Shown: positions 46,236 to 59,557 of the stretch, in pieces
Layout: each line of letters begins with the position of its first letter
How positions within the stretch are numbered: position 1 is the first letter of the stretch
Assembly: GCF_048593235.1 (NCBI RefSeq)
Contig: NC_133618.1
Location: forward strand, 387,580,562-387,644,561
Origin: Sminthopsis crassicaudata
Lineage: Eukaryota
Reading direction: 5' to 3'
DNA length: 64,000 bases
Made by a program: the position numbers and the translations under genes
The notes under the pieces: model-generated
What the model was told of the DNA's origin: nothing
Seen by the model: the letters and a program-made list of their open reading frames with translations, nothing else
The model's database searches: none

Positions 46236-47837
46236 CTGTGAGAAAAACAGAGAGATATGATCAAACATTAGATAGTGATATTAATATTTGCTGTGTATGA
46301 GCTCTAGGAACATTTAAAGGACACACAGAGACCTCTCCTTACCAAGGTTCCCACAACAATAAACTTCAGCAATATCTGACATTTTATTTACAGAATAGTT
46401 ACTGCCTACATCATTACCAACATTAATGTACAAAATGCATGCCACTATAAAATTGATATTCTTCCTATCCTAAAAGAATTGAGTTCATATTGACCATTAT
46501 GATAAAAGCAAAACTGACAGAGAATGTATGTACTGTTATTTGTCAGTATTTCTCTAAAACTAGATCCTCTTTAAGGTTTACTGTGATACTTTTTGTTATT
46601 ACTGTTTGCTTATTTTTTCTCATTTTTCCCCTTTTGATATGATTTTTCTTGCACAGCATGATGAATAAGGAAATACATTTTTAACCTATATCAGATTGCT
46701 TGCTGTCAGAGCGGGGGAGGACAGGGAGAAAAATTTAGAACACCAAATTGTGCAAATCTGAATGTTGAATATATTTGGAAAATAAAATACTATTAAAGAA
46801 AAAAGGTTCATTGTGACAAGATAAAATATCATTTAGAAAAACATTTTAATTACAAATAATCAGAGAGACAGCACTGATTCAGCATTAATATCAAAGAGGT
46901 TAAAAAAATAGCACCTGAAAGCTAGGCTACCAGGGATGATATGGGTTCATCAAGTCCATTCTGGTGCGACTTCCTAAGCATCTTAGGAAACTGGACTCCT
47001 CAGGGCCAAAACAACCTTGAGGAAATAAAGAAATCTAAGCCCCCAAATATAGAAGTACCAACCCGTGTTAATATGAATAGTTTGGAGGCTCCTGAAGTGA
47101 ATTTTTAGGGCAATAAGCCTAATTTCAAATTATAGTAATATAAAGCTCACAAGCCCCAAAATGACTTTATTCTTCAGAGCTTTGCTTAAAGTTTATCTTT
47201 TAAATTCTAACCAAAAGGAAATGTTTTACAAAATGGCAGCAAGATTCTAAACTGGTCTCCGTAATTGCTATCTAAGAATCCCTTTTCTTGGGCTATTTCT
47301 CCCAGTAGACTGATGCTACAGTTATTCTTTGTACTTATCTAAAGTATGCATAAAGCACGTATGTCTGTGCAAATGTACCACTCTCATGGAGAGAAGAAAT
47401 GCAGCCCAAGAAAGAAAAAAGCAATGGATGGCAATGAAGGAGAGGACTTGAGTTCTAGTATGAGCTCTGCCACTGAATGAGCTTAGACAATGAACTAAGT
47501 GCTTCATAGGATCATAGACTTGGGACTGGAAGGAACCTTGCAGCCCATCTAGTACAATCCCTTCATTTTACAGATGAGGAAATTGAGGCTTAGAGAAATT
47601 AAGTGACTCATTCAAGATCATACATGTGTTAAGTGATAGGCAGGATCTGAATTACTCAATCACTGCAAGAATGGAAGACACTCCAGAATGAAATTCTCAA
47701 GACAGAAAGGGAAAACAATTCCAATTAGGAGGAAACATGGAATTCTCCTAAAGAGACATATGGATACACCAGGAACTTACCATCTAACTCCAAGTTAAGA
47801 GATAAAATCATAAATTATCCCTTAAAAACTGTGAGGA

Positions 47838-47985
47838 GGGGCAGCTAGGTGGCGCAGTAGATAGAGTCCCAGCCCTAGAGTCAGGAGGACCTGAGTTCAA
47901 ATTTGGCCTTAGACAGTTAACTTCCTAGCTGTGAGACCCTGGGCAAGTCACTTTACCCCAAATGTCTCTCTAAAACTGAAAAAAG
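47838..47985 (+). mobile_element. WSINE1-like SINE
   Basis: ggggcagctaggtggcgcagtagatagag...gagttcaaat. Confidence 0.85.
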
Positions 47986-48039
47986 TATCTCATACAATTT
48001 TTACAGAGAAGATGAAATGATATGGATTAGAAAATAATA

Positions 48040-49150
48040 ATGTAATTAGATGGATTCAGAATTGGCTGGATGCCCAGGCTAAAAAAAAGTAGCTATTAAA
48101 TGTCAATGTTAAGGTGGCAGAAGTCTTATGTCTCAAAGATCTGTGATTGACAGTATTCTAGTTAACATTTTCTATCACTAACTTAGATAAAGGCATAAAT
48201 AGCATGTTCATTTCATTTACAGGGAACACAAAGCCGGGAAGGGTAGCTGGTATACTAGATGACAGATTCAAGATCTATCATGGACCCTTTCAGCATTCTG
48301 ATAAAATCTACTGACTTCTTATCATAATCTTTTTAAATGCACAAAATGCAGAATTACAAATGAAACTATTATACTGAAATACAGTTATCAACTTTTTTTT
48401 TCTCCTCCAAAACAAGTTCCTGGATACTAAATTAAGAATATTTGCTCTAAAAGAATCTTGACAGGCTAAAGCACTGGGCTGATTCTATTATGAAGCAATT
48501 CAATATTGATATACTTAAGGCCTTCCACTTCAATATAAAAGAAATCAACTTTATAAGATGGGGAAAGACATCAATAGATTATTGTTCCAAAAATAAATCT
48601 GGGAATTTTACAGTATTATGGCCAAAAGAACCAACACCATCTTGTGCTGCACAGTTCCAGAAATAAGGTGATATTAAGTCTCACTGTGCTCTGACCTCAT
48701 CTGCTCAGCTATGAGCAATACAGTCTGAGGACATTGAGAAGCTCAGAGGGCAAGAATCCCCATCAAAAGAGGCCTGTCTGAACAGATCATATTTAGCCTA
48801 TACAAGAAGACTCAAGGGGACATAAAATAGATGTCTTTAAATATTTGGAGGGCTGTTATGTGGAGGAAAGAGTCAATGTTTTCTTCCTAGCACCAGAAGA
48901 CAGAAATAAAAACGATAGATGGAACTCAACACTGATGGAACATTTAAAAGGCTATTATATATCAGGAAAAATTTCCCAACCATTAGAACTGTCCCAAAAT
49001 GGAAATGGGATACCTCCAGAGGCAGTGGGTCTTATCTCCCTGGGGGTCTCCAGACAGATACTAGATGAACATTTGGTAAAGTGTGTTATAATGTGTATAG
49101 GTTAGAATAGCCAGCCCCCAAGGACCTTCCCAACCCTTACATTCTCTGAC
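48040..49150 (+). mobile_element. CR1/L3 RT and 3' end, interrupted by a hAT element
   Basis: ggattcagaattggctgg (WI.NWL-like), degenerate FA.DTK.G segment near 48215-48245, L3-type 3' terminus near 49100-49150. Confidence 0.65.
48280..48445. mobile_element. Short hAT-Charlie-like element (resembles Charlie4z, from memory)
   Basis: catggaccctttcagcattctg...tttttaaatgcacaaaat...gaaatacagttatcaa; related copy at 62164-62345. Confidence 0.5.
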
Positions 49151-49604
49151 TCTGAGAGAACCCAGTTTATCAAACTACAGAATCAAGAGTTTTATCCCTG
49201 TGTCACACTGAAGCACCCCTGCCTTTAGATCTCTAGGCCTTGGTTTCCTCAACTTTAAAATGGGAACAATGGAGAAGATGATCTCTCTCTCATTCTATGA
49301 CAGTTCTTCAAATGCTGAGCAATTTGAGTTCCTTCAAAGACCAGTCCCTGCCATTCTTTGATTTGCCCAGAGGGTGTCACTACAGAACAAAATAATCCCC
49401 TTAAAAATTAGATTTCTTCTATATATCATGCCTCTATTAGGGGATTTCACCACAATGCCACTATCAAGCTTCCCTTTTAAATGCCAAATTTTATTTTCTG
49501 AAAGAATGAAATTAAATTAGTAACTTATTAGCAAAATCTTTCATTCTTTTACTACCCACATCCCCAAAAGCCTATCATTAATAAAAACTGATAATATGAC
49601 TTAC

Positions 49605-49714
49605 GATTTATAGAATAGACTGTATGGAGGATTTGTGGCCATCAGCTGGGTAATAACAGATATAATCACAATCACGAGAACTGGAAACAACTGAAGAAAT
49701 GCAGAATACATATT
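49605..49714 (-). CDS. DNAJC18: DNAJC18 exon 6 (transmembrane helix)
   Basis: [36 protein letters not shown]; 110 nt; GTAAGT donor. Confidence 0.96.
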
Positions 49715-51268
49715 CTAAAAGAGAAAGATATTTGGAGTAACCATTAGCTTTACAAAAAGAAAAAATACTTAATTGAAAAAAATAAAGCTAGGGATAAGAT
49801 TGAATCCGTAGTACCTTGATACAGGGAATTCCTTCTCAGTGAAGTTCCTTTTACTAATAAAAGTTAGCATCCTGTACTCTCAGGATTGCCTAGAGCACTA
49901 AGAGACTGAGTGACTTGATGATTTTGACTACAACTCTTCCGTAATTAAAATGTAACTGCCTTAATCACTGTGCCAGGGCTGCCTTTCATTAGAAAAAAAA
50001 AAAAGTTGGTATGTTCTTATTTTTAAAGTATATGTATTTGCAGAAATATTTTTGGTTAAATCCATTTTCCATATTTCTTTAAATCTTAATTTCATACTCC
50101 AACAGATATAATTATTTAAATTGAATGTGTACTGAATAAATATTGGTAGATCTACTTCCATTCAATATTAAAGCTAAAAATGTATTTTGAGATCATGTAA
50201 CACAAACTCTTATTTTTGTAGTTAGAAAATTGAAGCACAAAGAGGGAGTCTTGCCCAGTAGACTCCTCATAATTCCATTTTTTAGATGAGGAAACAAGGC
50301 AGAGGCTCAGGGTCACACAGTTAAGTAAATGGCTGAGGCTGGATTTGAGCCAGCATATTCCTGACTCCAGGACCAGCACTTTATCCACTGAATCACCAAA
50401 GTACTTTAATGACTCCAATAACAGAAATGAAAACGATACTGAAAAACATAAGAACTCTGATCAATGAAATGACTTATCATGATTCCAAAAAAAACCAATG
50501 GACTAAAGGCACAGCAAGTGACATATTTCCAGATATGTTTCAATGTTTGAATTGATTTTGATAGAATGACAGATATGCACAAAAAAGAAGAAAAGAAAAA
50601 TCCATTAATGAAATATTAAAAAAATACACAAGAGATGACAGTTTGAGAAGAATTAAAGAGAACAAGGTGAGCAGTATTGGTACTACTCTGTTAAATTTAA
50701 TATGTACTTTTTAAAAAAGTTGAAAGTTAATGGTTTATCACACAAAGCTGTTTTTCTGTTCATGTTTGGAAATAATCATATTTGTTAAGTTGATAATAAT
50801 AAATATGTCCAAGTCCACTAGCTCTAAGTGAGAGGAATGAAGATCATTCTTGCTTCAAGAAATAACTATTTGACCTTTAGCAAGTCACAACCTCCCTGGG
50901 CCTCATTCTTCTTATCTCTAAAGTGAGGGAATTGAATAATATGGCTCTTAGGTCCCTTCTAGATCAAGACCTATCATCCCGGGTTTTGCTGAAATGCTTT
51001 TTCACATTTAAAAAATTTTTTTTTTTTTTTTTTTTTTTAGAAAAAAGTATTATAGCACAGGAAGATATGGATTCAAATCCTGCTTCTAAAATCTATTTAC
51101 TGGCTATGTGCCATATGGACAATTTATTTAATCTCTCCAATGCTCCAAACAATTCTCTAAGATTACAAGGTACAGAAAAAGTGATGCCCTGCACAAGAAA
51201 AGGGATTTCCTCTTTCCAAATTCCCTATATTAAAGGAAGTCACAGATTTAGTCCCTCACCCTACACTG

Positions 51269-51439
51269 TTTTTTTTTGTTTTTTGTTTTTTTTTTGCAAG
51301 GCAATTGAGGTTCAATGACTTGCCCAGAGTCACACAGCTAGTAAATTAAGTAAGTTAATAAAGTCTGCTGCTGGATTTGAACTCAGGTCCTCCTGACTTC
51401 AGGGCCAGTGCTCTATCCACTACACCATCTAGCTGCCCC
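51269..51439 (-). mobile_element. WSINE1-like SINE
   Basis: T-rich tail plus reverse-complement body ending ctagctgcccc. Confidence 0.85.
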
Positions 51440-51531
51440 TCTTCTCCCTATTCTGTTAGGGAAGTTAGTTAGGTAGGGGGAGAAGGAGGAATACATTTGG
51501 AGATGAAGTTCATGTAAAAAATAAAAAGTAA

Positions 51532-51690
51532 GGGCAATTAGGTGGCGCACTGCATAGAGCACCAACCTTGAATTCAGGAGGACCCGAGTTCAAATCTGAT
51601 CTCAGACACTTAATACTTCCTAGCTGTGCGACCTTGGGCAAGTCACTTAACCCCAGCCTCAGAAAAAGAAAATAAATAAATAAATAAAAA
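51532..51690 (+). mobile_element. WSINE1-like SINE
   Basis: gggcaattaggtggcgcactgcatagagc...gaattcaggaggacccgagttcaaat with (AAAT)n tail. Confidence 0.85.
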
Positions 51691-52029
51691 AGTAAAAAGT
51701 AGCCACAAACTTGCCCTATAAACAACAATGAATGGAATTTACTTTTCTTTTTTCTTTTAAAATTTTCTTTATTCTTTTGAACCTAGCAAGTGTCAATAAA
51801 CATAAACATTTTCTATATAAAAAGAAAGATGGACAGAGAGGATCGTATGAAACTAAATTTTGTTACAGAGGTTTTTTTTTTTAAATTATCTCTTAAATTT
51901 AAAAGCATAATAACAAATCTCTCTGCTTTTCTGTGTCCCATCCTGAACTCCCTTCCCTCATCTATGCATTTTCTTGTAATCAGGTTTCCTGCTTTCATTT
52001 CCCATTCTGTGCTCTCTCTCTTTTTTTTT

Positions 52030-52340
52030 CTTTTCTTTATTTTTTAAAAAATTTTATAATTATAAGATTTTTTTACAGCATAGGTAACTTTTTATAACAT
52101 TATCCCTTGCACTCCCTTCTGTTCCGAATTTTCCCCTCCTTCCCTCCACCCTCTCCCCTAGATGGCTGGCATACATATTAAATATGTTATACATATTATA
52201 CATATTAAATATGTTATAGTATATCCTAGATACAATATATGTGTGCAGAACTGAATTTTTTTTTTAAAGGAAGAATTGGACTCAGAAGGTAAAAATAACC
52301 TGGGAAGAAAAACAAAAAATGCAAACAGTTTATACTCATT
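52030..52340 (-). mobile_element. L1 3' end, 5'-truncated
   Basis: T-rich tail, C-rich tract and cccctagatgg motif; reverse complement of the element type at 3938-4570. Confidence 0.7.
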
Positions 52341-52969
52341 GGAATTTAGTTTTTAAAAGAAGTACAGCTTACTCTTATTAGAATCTAATATTTACAATAA
52401 AGATCACACAGAGGTCAGAGAAGATATAAGTAAGGTAGGAGACAGAGAGGGTTACCTATTAATCTAATCAGCTAAATTTTATTTTCAAACTTATCATTCA
52501 ATTCAACATGCATTTCTTAAGGTTTCAGGACTATAAATGCTTTAAAGTCATAAAAACTGATTTATTTTCTTTGTGACTTTAGAGCCAGGGAAAAAGGTTG
52601 AGAGGCCTAGTATTCCAAGTCTTCCAAATTTCTAAACCAAAAAATCTAATACAAATAAACTCTACCATGTGGTTTAGAAAGTAAAGAGTGGTACAATTAA
52701 TATAAATAAAATTCTGTAGAAGTATCAGAGCATAAATGTTGAAAAGGTACCTAGAATATGGTCACGAGCCTTATAGCATTCTGCTCACTGAGGGATTGTA
52801 GAAAGACTATGATGCACTCAAAAAAAAATACCCTAGATCATCTTCCTTTAAAACCAGCTAAGAAAATGCTTTGCAGATCCTTCTCTAGAAAACTCATCAG
52901 AGTGGATCTGAAGGTCATGGGAAATTCTTCATAAGGCAGTGAATTTGAGATCATTTTAGATATGTATTG

Positions 52970-55450
52970 GTCAGTCAGTGATATAATTGTTTCAATTAAA
53001 TTTCAATAAACATTTACCAAGCACATATCAAAAGCAAGACACCATGCTAGGGGCTAAGAATACAAAGAAAAAAACAAAATAGTTCTTGTCCTAAGGAATT
53101 TTATCTTTAACTGAGGGAAAACAACTCATGTACTGCTAAACAAATAAAAGATAATTTAAGAAGGGAAATAGACAGAAGAAGGAAGAGAATCAGGGGAACC
53201 AATTAGAAAGATATTACAAGAGTCTAGGCTAAAGCTATTAAGGGCTTCACCTAAGGACCTGAGCATGTGTGTGTATGGAAAGACACCAACAGATTCAAGA
53301 AATTATATGGAGGTAGAATAAAGAGAATCAAACAAGTGAATGGTTGGAAAGGAGAAAAAGGGAGATAAGAACACTTTGGAAGTTGTAAAATTAAATGATT
53401 AGAAGTGGATAGGATTTCCCAAATGCAGGGGATTTTTGGAAGAGATAAAGATTTGGGGGGTGGGCTGGGAGAGGAAAAATTATATAATTAATTTTGTTTT
53501 TACATGTTGAATTTGAGATATTGTTGAGACATCAGGTTAAGATATCCAGCAGAAAGCAGAACTGTAAGAAGGACTGGGGTTCTGAAAAAATGACTTTAGG
53601 ACTAGACATAAAGATCTGTAAAAATATAACTGAATTCACAGGAGCAAATAAATTAACCAAGGAAGAGAAAATAGAGAAAGAAGAAAGAGGGTCAAGGACA
53701 GAACCTTACTCATACAGTGGGGATGGGGAAGAAAGATGATGACAATAAAGGGAGACTAAGGAAGAGTCAAACAAATAGGACAACCAGAAGGAAGCAGAAG
53801 ATCATGAAAGAAAGAATATACAAAAGGTGAGATAAGTCAGCACCATTAAAAGGTGAAAAAAAAATGAAGACTGAAAAAATTCAAGGCTCCTGGGAAGGGC
53901 CAATTTTCCCCTGAACCTTGTAGTCAGAAATGAGAATGCAAAGGACTGAGAAGTAACTGGGAAATGAACAGAAGGAACAATGAAGACACATAAGTTTTTC
54001 TAGGACTTTGGCTGTGAAAGGAAAAAAGAAAACTAGAACAAGAACTTGAGGAGCAGCAAGGTCAAGTGAAGCGTTTTGTAAAGGATCAACAAGACTTTGG
54101 CCTGTCCACAGATATATGGAAGGAGCTGGCAGACAAAAGGAAGATACCTGAGAGACAGAAATAGGATGATCAAGGGGATGAATCCCCAAAGGAAACAGAC
54201 AGGGATAAGATAAAGGATTCAAGTACAGGGCCTAAAAAAGATCAGCTCTTCATCAGAAATTGGAGAAAAGTAGGAAAGAAAAGGAAATGATAAAAAAGAG
54301 TCTGAGGTAGGGGAAAAGAGATGCTCTGGTGATCTTAGGAGTTGTGAGAGGGGAAGAGGCTTTTCACTGTATGACTTTCACCCACGACTCTCCATAGCAA
54401 AGAGAAGTAGGAAAGGCACATGGCAGATGATATCCCAAGGCTAGGGTTTGGCCAGACACAAGTAGCAAAAGGCAAGGGATTCAGAATAGAAAACAATATT
54501 CATATGAATTGATCAAGTACAGAATCAAGATAATGATAAAAAGACTATGAAGCCAGAACAGGGGTTATAGACTGGGAGAAGAAGGAACAATAGAGAAACT
54601 GAAGTTCATGGTGAAGAGAAAAAAGTTTAATGATACAAAGGTACCAAAAAAAAAGAAAAAAAAAAAAGAATCTCTAATCAAATGGGAATTTCAGAGTTCG
54701 GGATCATGAAGATATCAAGCATTTATTAAGCACTTGTTATGTGCCAGGCAGTGTGTTTAATACTGGGAATACAAATACAAACAGAAAGAAAGAAAGAAGC
54801 TGAAAGTGGTGAGGAGGTAGTTCCCCACGTGGCTGATGCTAGAGATATCAGAAGATGACGAGAAACCTGGAGAAGAATGAGGATACAGTTTTGATTGTGA
54901 TTAAGGCATGACCATCCCAATATCTGAGACAGTTTTAAAAAAATAGTTCATGGGAGCTGAGACTGATAAAGAGGGGAAAAAAAGGATGCTGGGGAACCTC
55001 AACAAGCATAGGAAGACCTTGAGTAAGAGAAAAGAAGCTTGGTTAGAAAGGAAGACTGTAAACCTTTGAATTTTCTGAGAAAATTAGTTCTTGAAGCAAT
55101 GGATTACAGAAAAAAGAAACTGGAATGAATGAAAAAGATGGAGAGGATAAACCTCAAAGGAGGAGATAATGATGAATGATGGTAGCAGAAAGAAGATCTG
55201 GAAGTAGTTGTGTAAAGGAACAACTATACTGATTCTTTCTCCTGGTCTAATAGGTTGGATGACATGAATGAAGCAGCAGAGAGGGAGGTCAGGGAAGCAG
55301 TGTCTTCCAAAGGGAGCTGGGTTGCCAAGAGTACAAGGAAAGCAAAAGTGTAAAAGGAAGAGTTCTGGGATAAAGGGAATCTTGTTAATAACAGAACAAA
55401 AATTCCAGAGGGCATGATAGAAGAAGACAAAAAAAAGGAAGCTGAAATAA
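52970..55450 (-). mobile_element. L2 fragments (long purine-rich tract on the plus strand)
   Basis: L2 3' termini in reverse at about 53000 (caataaacatttaccaagcac) and about 54715 (atcaagcatttattaagcacttgttatgtgccaggca). Confidence 0.6.
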
Positions 55451-55712
55451 AAGAGTACAGGAAGAAGTTTTTTACTTTGGCAAATATCAACTTTGAATAA
55501 TGGAAATTAATGGAATAGCAGGAAGGCTTTTCCTAGCCACATGCCAGGAAAAATTCAGTTTTAACTGGGGCCTCCGTACTTTAGGGTCCTATTATTATGT
55601 ATTTTCCATCTTCTTAAATATATGTAGTAGAAAATTTTATAACATTGTTACAGATCATAAATGCTAACTCATTATAATTTTTATAGGTAGTAACCTTTTT
55701 TTCTCCAGTCAC

Positions 55713-55825
55713 CTGAGGTTTTTCTTCTTCTTCTTCCTTCTGGGTCTGTACCCTCTCATTTCGGTGTCGTCGACGGTAAAAGTGTGTGTCATCTGTCATC
55801 ACATTTGAAAACATGTGAATATTTC
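55713..55825 (-). CDS. DNAJC18: DNAJC18 exon 5
   Basis: (G)[37 protein letters not shown]; 113 nt; phases 1/0. Confidence 0.95.
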
Positions 55826-56756
55826 CTGGTAAAACAAAACAAAATTAAATTAAAATAGGAAGCAAAACATCTTGCCCTGTCTTGTCCATGACCCCTTAAC
55901 ACTTTTAATGTTTTTGCAATTATCTAATGATTCTTCTCAATCATCTTCCAAGAAAGGCTAAGTAAGTATTCTATCATATTTTACACAATGGAAAAAGTAG
56001 GATACTGAGATGAAGAGTAAGCCAAGTAAGGTAACTATAAGCCAGACCTTCTTAGTGCCCATGCCTATGAATTGGGACCAAATTTAAATATATTTTTAAA
56101 AACCTATTAAAAACTATTCCATGTGTGCCCCTAGGCAAGTCACTTAACCCCAATTGCCTCAGGGAAAAAAACTTCTGAAGAAAACAGTTTAATGGATAGT
56201 CCTTCAGATTATGAATGAAGAATCACTAGTCTTAGTTCTGTCACTAATGACTGGCTGGGTGCAACCTGCTTTATAACTTTGGCAGCTATATATAACCAAA
56301 TCTCCACCTCAACATTTACAAGCTAGCTATTACAAAGCCAACTCTAATGTTCTAGGACAGCTTTTGTAACTTCTTTTTGTAACTTCTAACCCTCCAGAGA
56401 GAGTCAACATGGCACAGCGAATAGAAAGATGGCCTCTAATCAAGGAATATCTGGTTAGAAGTCCCATTTCTGACACAGTAACACTGACATACTGTGTATC
56501 ACTTAATCTTGCATTACTTTGGGTAATTAAATCATAAAGAAGGGGCTGATCTATATTGGGAGGATTTTCTCATCTAAGTTCAGTTTTTTTTTTTCTTGGA
56601 AGTTCACTTTAATCAATGAAATCTCTATCTAATCCCTATCTCTAACTTGGCATTAGTATCATTTTACAAGCATAACAGCTGATTCTCTAGTCAGGTTCTC
56701 AAACCTGCTGAAGATGACCAAAGTATGCTTATCTATAGTATATCAGAGAAACTAAC

Positions 56757-56942
56757 CTGTAGGAAAATGTCCTCCAAAGAACACATTGAAGACCTCCTCT
56801 GGAGTAATGTCAGCTTCAAAATCTGGGTAATAAGTATAGGGTCTGGCTTGGGGGGCAGCAAAAGTTGCTTGTTCATCTCCATATTCATCATAGCGCAATC
56901 TTTTATCGGGATTGCTGAGAACAGCAAAGGCATTCCCTATTG
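56757..56942 (-). CDS. DNAJC18: DNAJC18 exon 4
   Basis: (A)[24 protein letters not shown]...[17 protein letters not shown]; 186 nt; phases 1/1. Confidence 0.97.
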
Positions 56943-58144
56943 CTATAGCAAAAGGAGAAAAAAAAACAAACCAATGTCAGAACTTACACTTAGCCATCTT
57001 TTCTTCCACTGAATTTAAGTATATAAATAACAACTCGGAGAATATGGTCAATTTGTATAAGGCAACTTCACATGTATTTAAGAGTAAGCCTAAGTGAAAA
57101 ATTTTAGGTAAGAATAATTTGTGATTGTAAGTGTTCAAAAAGTGCTATCCACCTCCAGAGAAAGAACTGAAGGATTATGAATATAGATTTAAACATACTA
57201 TTTTCACTTTTTTCATAATTTTCATATATTTTACATGATTGCACATGTACTTATATTAAATTATTTACCATCTTCGAGAGGAGGGATGAAGTGAGACAAT
57301 TTGGAATACAAAATTTTATTTAAAAAAGAATGTTATTATTTTCACTTTTTTTTCTTTCTCATGTTTTTTCACTTTTGCTCTGATTTTTCTTTCCCAACAT
57401 GATTCAAATGAAGGTATATGTATAAGGAGAAAAAAAATTAAAATTCAAAATCTTATAAAAATTAAAGTTGAAAACCATCTTTACATGTAATTGGATAAAT
57501 AATATACTAATAAAATTTAAAAAAAATTTAAAGAATGTTACAAATATTCTTAGTAAGCCAATGATTCAAGACAACTCTGAGGACATGATACTATCCATGC
57601 CCAGAGAAAGAACTGATGGTGTCTGAATACAGATTGAAGCATACTTTCATTTAACTTTTCTTGAGGGGTTTTGGGATTTGTTTTTTTTTTTTTTTTGGTT
57701 TTTTTTTTTTTTTTTTTTTTGGTTTATGTTTTCTTTCACAACGTGATTATTATGGAAAGGTATTTCATGACTACACATGTATAACCTATATGAAATTACT
57801 TGCATTCTCTGTGGGAGGAGAGGATGAGAAGAGGAGAAAAGATCTGAAATACAAAGTTTTAAAAATAAATGTTAAAATTGTTTTTACAGAAAACTGAGGA
57901 AAAGATAAAATTAAATTCTTTAAAAGAATGTTAAAAATTGTTTTCACATGTAACTGGAGAAAAAAATACTATTTAATAGAAAAAAATAAGTTTTCCGAAT
58001 ATAAGTAATGGATCACAGTCTAAGTTACAGAGTAACCAAATAAAACAATCACCAAAAATGTTTTTTATGGACGCTTGTCCAAAAGCAAAGCCCTTACATA
58101 TTTTCAGTTTTAGAAATCAATGATATATTTTCTTTGACTTGTTT

Positions 58145-58430
58145 TTGAAACCAGGTCTCCTTACTTCAACCAGGTTTAGAAGTTCAGAAGTACTGAAAGG
58201 CCCAAATCCAAATCCTACTATCTGCTTTATCTTCCCTGTGGGTCAGTGTTACCCTTCTTGGATACAATGGTGGCTTACTCCTAAAGTCCCTGACCCAGGG
58301 GGCATACCACATAGGTGCCAGCTTTAGCAGTTTTAGTTCTTAGAACACAGTCCCCTGCAGTTCAGAATTCCTGAGCTTGAGATCTTCCAGCTTCAGTCTC
58401 CCCTATAGCAAGGATTACAGGCCTTTGAGA
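58145..58430 (-). mobile_element. 7SL (SRP RNA)-derived retrocopy or SINE, near full length, degenerate
   Basis: Plus strand resembles the reverse complement of 7SL, e.g. gttcagaattcctgagcttgagatcttccagcttcagtctcccctatagcaaggattacaggc versus gcccagaactcctggactcaagcgatcctccagcctcagcctcccgagtagctgggactacaggc. Confidence 0.75.
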
Positions 58431-58934
58431 CTAAGGTGGGTCATAACTTTCAAAGGCCAAGAGCTAAATAGGAACTTGAGAGACTGACTAGAAGGTAAAT
58501 CAAAAGAGCTGGAAAAAAAAAGTCTTTTCTGAAAACATTTTTTTGCTTTGTCTATATAAATGCAATGGGAAAATATAGATATGACTATTTAAATAGTCAA
58601 TAAAATCATCCCAAAAATATCTCCACAGGATTAATTAATAGTATAAAATGCTTTAAAAGAAGAACTAATTTCCACATATAACATTTTTTCATTATATGAT
58701 AGTGTTTATTCATAGTAAGAGAATATTTCACTTTAACATTTATTAAGCAAATGCTTGACTTATTTTATGCCTGATTACCTCAAAGAAGATAAACATACAT
58801 TGCTGCAGTTCTGCCTAAAATAGCATCTTCCAGACTTGTTCTGCTAAATGTTTAGAGTAATGGCATAGCTACTTAAACATTTCAGTTACATGAACTTTTC
58901 AATAAAATGACAGTTAACTAATGTATTGTGTTCC

Positions 58935-59196
58935 TTTTTTTTTTTTTTTTTCTTTCTTAAAAAATGACTAGATCTCATTATCTCACCCAGGCAGGCAGTG
59001 AAGGAGCTCCTCATAGGCCTGATCCTACTGTTGATGAGCACAGGAGCTCTGACTCACTCTATTTCTGACCTGGGTTGTTTGCCTGCCCTTTAGCAGTCCC
59101 AACCCAACGTCTTCCCCAGGGACTTACCATACTAATGCTACCAAACTTAGTTCTGATATACAATCTGCACAGTCCACTGTGGTTCAGAATTTTCCC
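58935..59196 (-). mobile_element. 7SL-derived retrocopy or SINE with poly(A) tail, 5'-truncated
   Basis: T17 tail; ctgatcctactgttgatgagcacaggagc...tttctgacctggg versus 7SL rc gcgatcccactactgatcagcacgggag...tttccgacctggg; ccatactaatgctaccaaacttagt versus ccatattgatgccgaacttagt. Confidence 0.85.
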
Positions 59197-59411
59197 AATT
59201 TTCTTCTGTTTTTATTATTTATTAATATCCTCTCTGTATTATATTCTGCATAAAATATTCATCACAGAGAAACCAACATTTATTCAAAGGTATTATAGGA
59301 CGAGGTATTTTTTAAAACTCCACTCCATATAAAATTGTTTACTATAGTTCCCTGATGAAATAAAACAGTTATACTTCTGACTGAAGTTCTCTTCTTTATA
59401 CCTATATATAC

Positions 59412-59557
59412 CTTTAAAAGCTTCTGTGGCCCCGGGTGCACAGTTCTTATCAGGGTGAAATTTCAGGGCCAGTTTTCGGTAAGCTTTCTTTAGATCCTCA
59501 TCGCTGGCATCTCTGTCAACTCCCAGAATTTCATAATAACTTCTGCATTTCTTTATC
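59412..59557 (-). CDS. DNAJC18: DNAJC18 exon 3 (J-domain, HPD motif)
   Basis: (R)[48 protein letters not shown]; 146 nt. Confidence 0.97.
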
